From Minisyncoccota bacterium (GTDB taxonomy: Bacteria; Patescibacteriota; Minisyncoccia; Phycocordibacterales; UBA9973), in NCBI GenBank assembly GCA_043718505.1, contig JAYSVN010000029.1:1-48580 (forward strand): a stretch of 48,580 bases of DNA. The letters run 5' to 3'. Within the stretch, counting starts at the first letter, position 1, and each line of letters opens with the position of its first letter. Below, piece by piece: positions 45,133 to 48,580 of this stretch. The notes beneath the pieces are model-generated. The model was not told the origin of the DNA and made no database searches. It saw only the letters and a list, made by a program, of their open reading frames with translations. The translations under genes were made by a program, and so were the position numbers.

Positions 45133-45570
45133 TTACATGAGACTATTTACCGTGCCCTGAATAGCGTCGGCTATAACTTTGGCACCCAGAATAATAATTG
45201 CTCCGATGACAACGTAGAGTAATGTTTCTTTGGCCTTGGTAATTTTGGTTTCATTTCCTCTGGCTGTGGCAAATAGATAGCCGGCATATATGATCATGAC
45301 TGCCACGATCGGCGTAGCGATTATTCGGACAATTTCTAGAAGTGCAACGATAAGATCAGGCAAATTATCGAAACTACGAACTGGGTTCGGAATACTGAAA
45401 ACAAAAGAAGACGAGTCCCCCGTACTAGGCACACATGCCCCAGATGTCGGATCTATTGTTCCTCCTGTACATTGGCTGGGATCTCCGTGACCTGTTCCGT
45501 GTACTATAAAAGGTGTCACAGTGAGTAAGGTGCAAATTGAGAGAAGGCAGAATAAAAGAGTTTTTTTCAT
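45133..45570 (-). CDS. pilin-like secreted membrane protein P2 (T4SS-pilin/TrbC-VirB2-like)
   Basis: Start reset to MKKTLLF (45568-45570); the track ORF extends into P1. Signal peptide, Cys pair QCTGGTIDPTSGAC, helices PIVAVMIIYAGYLFATARG ... LLYVVIGAIIILGAKVI. Confidence 0.6.
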   Translation of the reverse strand: MKKTLLFCLLSICTLLTVTPFIVHGTGHGDPSQCTGGTIDPTSGACVPSTGDSSSFVFSIPNPVRSFDNLPDLIVALLEIVRIIATPIVAVMIIYAGYLFATARGNETKITKAKETLLYVVIGAIIILGAKVIADAIQGTVNSLM

Positions 45571-45589
45571 TGGCTTTAGTATATAGCAA

Positions 45590-46003
45590 TTAAGGAGTGA
45601 TGACTGGGGAAAACGTCGGTTCATTGTATCCAAGTGTCTTGAGAATAATACCGACAATTACCCAGGCGGCTAAGCAGAAAAAGATACCGATTAGAAGTTT
45701 CCTAAACATTTTATTGGCATCAGTACGTTTACCTGGATTGTCACCGCTTGTCATATAGAGAAATCCTCCGTATATGAATATAACAACTGCAATCGGCAAT
45801 ACCATGTACTTCAATATAAACTCTATAACACCACTAATGAGTGCCATGAGTTCAGTAAAGCCGCAGGGACTTTCCGGCGTACCTTCACATGGTATGAGCG
45901 AGTCGGCTCGTGCCGTCTGTACTAAAGAAAAAAACATGAAGGTGCTTAGCCAAAAATATTTTTGTATTTGTTTTTTTACTTTGCTAAAAAAATGTAATTT
46001 CAT
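45590..46003 (-). CDS. pilin-like secreted membrane protein P1 (T4SS-pilin/TrbC-VirB2-like)
   Basis: Signal peptide, PCEGTPESPCG Cys pair, then PIAVVIFIYGGFLYMTSGDNPGKRTDANKMFRKLLIGIFFCLAAWVIVGIIL. This is the P-C-x-C plus two-helix layout I associate with CPR/Gram-positive T4SS pilins. Confidence 0.6.
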   Translation of the reverse strand: MKLHFFSKVKKQIQKYFWLSTFMFFSLVQTARADSLIPCEGTPESPCGFTELMALISGVIEFILKYMVLPIAVVIFIYGGFLYMTSGDNPGKRTDANKMFRKLLIGIFFCLAAWVIVGIILKTLGYNEPTFSPVITP

Positions 46004-46017
46004 GTATTGATGTTTTT

Positions 46018-47343
46018 CTATTGCTCACTGGTAAGATAAGCATTAATTTTTGAGCTCGCAGTGTTAAGTGCTCCTGTTGAGTTGGATTTACCTGACTGTA
46101 TATCACTTACCATAGCCTGAAAAACACTATCGGTAAAACTGGTATTTGGATCAATCCAGGCTTTGGAAATAAGGGCTGATTGATAGAGGAGTGGATAGTA
46201 TGTATTTGTCGGATCGTTCGGTACCATGTCCCGACGAACAGGGGCAACGGTATAGCCTGTTTTTGAAAGCGTACTGAGTAAGGTCGCTGCTTTCAACGGT
46301 ACAGTCATATCTTTGGCGACATAGTACGCCAGGCCGGTATTTTTACTTTGTTTGGAAATAGCTACGCCGTAGAGTTGTCCTACAGTAGATTTTGTACCGT
46401 TAGCATTGGCTTGGGGTATAGGAGCAATATCAAAATTTAAGTTAGGATTTGTCCGACGCAAACTTGAAAGTTCACTACCCAGGCCGACGTAGTATGCCAA
46501 GTCACCTGAGAGAAAACGATCCCGATCACTTGAAAATGTTTTGTTCCAGGAATAAATTGTTCGGTTTGATGGATTGGCAAACTGAGTATAATAGTCGAGC
46601 GCAACCGAAGCCGCACTTTGCGTTGATGTTCCTTGCGTTCCCAAATCAAGCACTAATTTCCCATTTCCATTCACATGCATGATCGGATCTCCTGCCTGCA
46701 AAAAGAGGAGTGAAAGAATTTCTTTGGCATGACGAATATTGGTGTATTCACCGAGCGCTACTGCACTGCGCGTAATATTAAAATCATTACTGACAATTGA
46801 TATTTTTTTGGCCAGTTCAGGAAATTCCTTCCATTCCTTTGGCGCTGTCGCAATTCCGACGCTGGCAAAAATATCTTTATTCCAGAAGCCAACCAGCGGA
46901 TCAACAAAAAGTGGCTGAGCCAAAACTCCGGTCTGCGTAAGATAGGTATTGGCTATATCCATATATGTTAACGTATAGGTCGTGACCGGATAACTGGCAT
47001 AAGGAATTTCATACATTTTGTCTCTCTGTCGCCAGAAAATGTCAGGCGTAACCATAAAGAGGTCCGGGCCAGTACCCGAGGCAAAAGCTTCAACTAAATC
47101 ACTTTCATATGTAGCCGGGTTTTTTTGAACATAAATAATGCTAAATGTTTGATTTTGAACTGTGGTTTCGGCAATAAACTGGCTCATTGACTGCAAGTCC
47201 ATTGTGCCCCACATAAATACGGTTCCGGTTGGCGTTGTGACTTTTGATGAACCGAGTTTAACGTAGCCGCCAAATACTGCCACTCCGAAGAGAATGAAAA
47301 AACCGAAAACAAAAAGGACAATTGTTTGAAAGCTCAACTTCAT
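46018..47343 (-). CDS. extracellular solute-binding protein (ABC transporter SBP family-1-like) with an N-terminal TM anchor
   Basis: N-terminal TM helix, then TVFMWGTMD...ESDLVEAFASGTGPDLFMVTPDIFW...EIPYAS matching the SBP_bac_1 N-lobe. No permease or ATPase genes are adjacent in this window. Confidence 0.5.
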   Translation of the reverse strand: MKLSFQTIVLFVFGFFILFGVAVFGGYVKLGSSKVTTPTGTVFMWGTMDLQSMSQFIAETTVQNQTFSIIYVQKNPATYESDLVEAFASGTGPDLFMVTPDIFWRQRDKMYEIPYASYPVTTYTLTYMDIANTYLTQTGVLAQPLFVDPLVGFWNKDIFASVGIATAPKEWKEFPELAKKISIVSNDFNITRSAVALGEYTNIRHAKEILSLLFLQAGDPIMHVNGNGKLVLDLGTQGTSTQSAASVALDYYTQFANPSNRTIYSWNKTFSSDRDRFLSGDLAYYVGLGSELSSLRRTNPNLNFDIAPIPQANANGTKSTVGQLYGVAISKQSKNTGLAYYVAKDMTVPLKAATLLSTLSKTGYTVAPVRRDMVPNDPTNTYYPLLYQSALISKAWIDPNTSFTDSVFQAMVSDIQSGKSNSTGALNTASSKINAYLTSEQ

Positions 47344-47918
47344 GACAATGTAAAAATTATACCATAGTGGTGCGCGCCGGCTTCGAAGTTTTTTACTTTT
47401 TTGAAACCATTAGAAACTAAAAGACTTTCGGCATTCGCAGATGTAATGACGTGATCAGGCGCCGGGCCCATACCGCCAAATGATTCGCTCCAATCAATAA
47501 GCAGGACTTTACCGGAAGTCTTGAGTATGCGCTTTACTTCATCAAGAAAACCCTTTCGATCTTCAACCTGAAAAAGGACATTTGAAATAATGGCGCAGTC
47601 TACAGTTTGGTCGTGAATTTTGGTACCGCCTTTTTTTTCTATATTGCCCCAAATATAATCAATATTAGTGAGGTGCTCTTTTTTGGCCGCGTCCTGAATA
47701 TGCTGAAGTAAGTCTCGCTGAACTTCAATGCAGTAGACTTTTCCGTCTCCGCCATTAATTTTTTTAGCTGCGGCAATCGTATAAAAACCACTACCGGCGC
47801 CGAGATCAGCGATCACGAGGTTTGTGGTGAGTTCTAATTGGTCTAAATTATTGGAAGGATCTGCGAACATAGTTTTTATTGTATCAGTTAGTTTATTAAA
47901 TGTGTGATTCTCGAGCAC
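47340..47918 (-). CDS. class I SAM-dependent methyltransferase
   Basis: Motif I VIADLGAGSGFYT, then the CIEVQ and LLIDW acidic post-I/II positions. Confidence 0.8.
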   Translation of the reverse strand: MLENHTFNKLTDTIKTMFADPSNNLDQLELTTNLVIADLGAGSGFYTIAAAKKINGGDGKVYCIEVQRDLLQHIQDAAKKEHLTNIDYIWGNIEKKGGTKIHDQTVDCAIISNVLFQVEDRKGFLDEVKRILKTSGKVLLIDWSESFGGMGPAPDHVITSANAESLLVSNGFKKVKNFEAGAHHYGIIFTLS

Positions 47919-48005
47919 GGAAATTTTTTACTAAAAATTTCCTCTTCCTCGTGCCGTCGCACTGCGGGGTCTCTCGAATCCCACATTTCAACAAAAACTG
48001 ACACA

Positions 48006-48580
48006 TTACATAACTGCAAGAGAGGCGATTTGGTCTCCCGGTCTTAATTTCATAATAGTAACACCTTGTGTTTGTCTGCCGAGTGACGGAATGGATTCGA
48101 GTGAGGTACGAATAATTTGGCCTTTTTTCGAAACTGCAATTAATTCTTCTTCGTCGCGAATGAGACGGCCGATAATCAATTTCCCTGTTTTAGCTGTTAC
48201 TTTTGCAGTTTTAATACCGGAGCCACCGCGCTTCTGGGTTTTGTATTCGCCGATTTTGGTTTTCTTGCCGAGGCCATTTTCTGACATTGTAAGGAAGGCT
48301 GCGCTACCTACACCGCCATCTTTGCCTTTTTCTTCATTCTTTCTGATGACACCCACACCGACAACAGTATCCCCTTTGCCAACTTTAATAGCGCGAACAC
48401 CACCGGCTGTGCGACCCATTTCGCGAACATCTGATTCTTTAAATCTGATTGACTGCCCTGCTGCCGTGCCAAGAATAACATCGTCACCTTTTTCCACAAG
48501 AACAGCAGACTTGAGCGCATCGCCCTTGTCGAGTCGGATAGCGATGATACCTGAGCGGCGAACATCTTTGAAACTTTCTG
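48006..48580 (-). CDS. gyrA: DNA gyrase subunit A, C-terminal beta-pinwheel domain (partial; continues beyond the right edge)
   Basis: Repeated GyrA C-terminal-domain blades with a GyrA-box-like QKRGGSGIK. The ORF is open to the window edge. Confidence 0.75.
   Translation of the reverse strand, partial: ESFKDVRRSGIIAIRLDKGDALKSAVLVEKGDDVILGTAAGQSIRFKESDVREMGRTAGGVRAIKVGKGDTVVGVGVIRKNEEKGKDGGVGSAAFLTMSENGLGKKTKIGEYKTQKRGGSGIKTAKVTAKTGKLIIGRLIRDEEELIAVSKKGQIIRTSLESIPSLGRQTQGVTIMKLRPGDQIASLAVM

Noticed and set aside
47919-48005. tRNA-like T-loop resemblance (GGGATTCGAGAGACCCC) downstream of gyrA
   Set aside because: There is no acceptor or anticodon arm. The region folds as simple GC and AT hairpins that fit a gyrA terminator or methyltransferase leader.
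1-48580. CRISPR arrays, rRNA genes, transposases/integrases
   Set aside because: No regularly spaced direct repeats, no rRNA-like conserved blocks, and no DDE or tyrosine-recombinase-like ORFs were seen anywhere in the window.

Overview
This is a gene-dense, low-GC chromosomal segment that reads like a reduced-genome Candidate Phyla Radiation / Patescibacteria-type bacterium. The evidence for that is inference only: a short IF-2, weak or absent Shine-Dalgarno sites, many small membrane proteins and housekeeping genes packed among tRNAs. The core content is mostly on the minus strand. It includes a DEAD-box helicase, Obg, GlmS, DnaK, GrpE, a lexA-dinB pair with a Cheo-type LexA box, Gmk, TsaD, a Rel/SpoT homolog, ParB, MiaA, ClpB, a cysteine desulfurase, the IF-2/RbfA operon, an L33 gene the ORF track missed, and the C-terminus of GyrA. 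I count 10 tRNA genes: Val-GAC, Leu-CAA, Leu-CAG, Trp-CCA, Tyr-GTA, Cys-GCA, Leu-TAA, Lys-CTT and Leu-TAG, that is four Leu isoacceptors. Five accessory or unusual items stand out. (1) A tandem array of five small secreted pilin-like paralogs (TrbC/VirB2 or T4SS-pilin-like), each with one Cys pair, lies next to a membrane-anchored solute-binding protein. (2) Two paralogous HTH + LAGLIDADG-like proteins are each encoded directly upstream of, or overlapping, a tRNA gene. (3) An ORF interrupted by a single in-frame TAA sits next to tRNA-Tyr. (4) A structured tRNA-like RNA element lies between rpmG and a membrane FNR-type oxidoreductase. (5) A RelE/ParE-Phd/YefM toxin-antitoxin pair lies in an insert that separates grpE from dnaK. 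I saw no rRNA, CRISPR array or obvious transposase.
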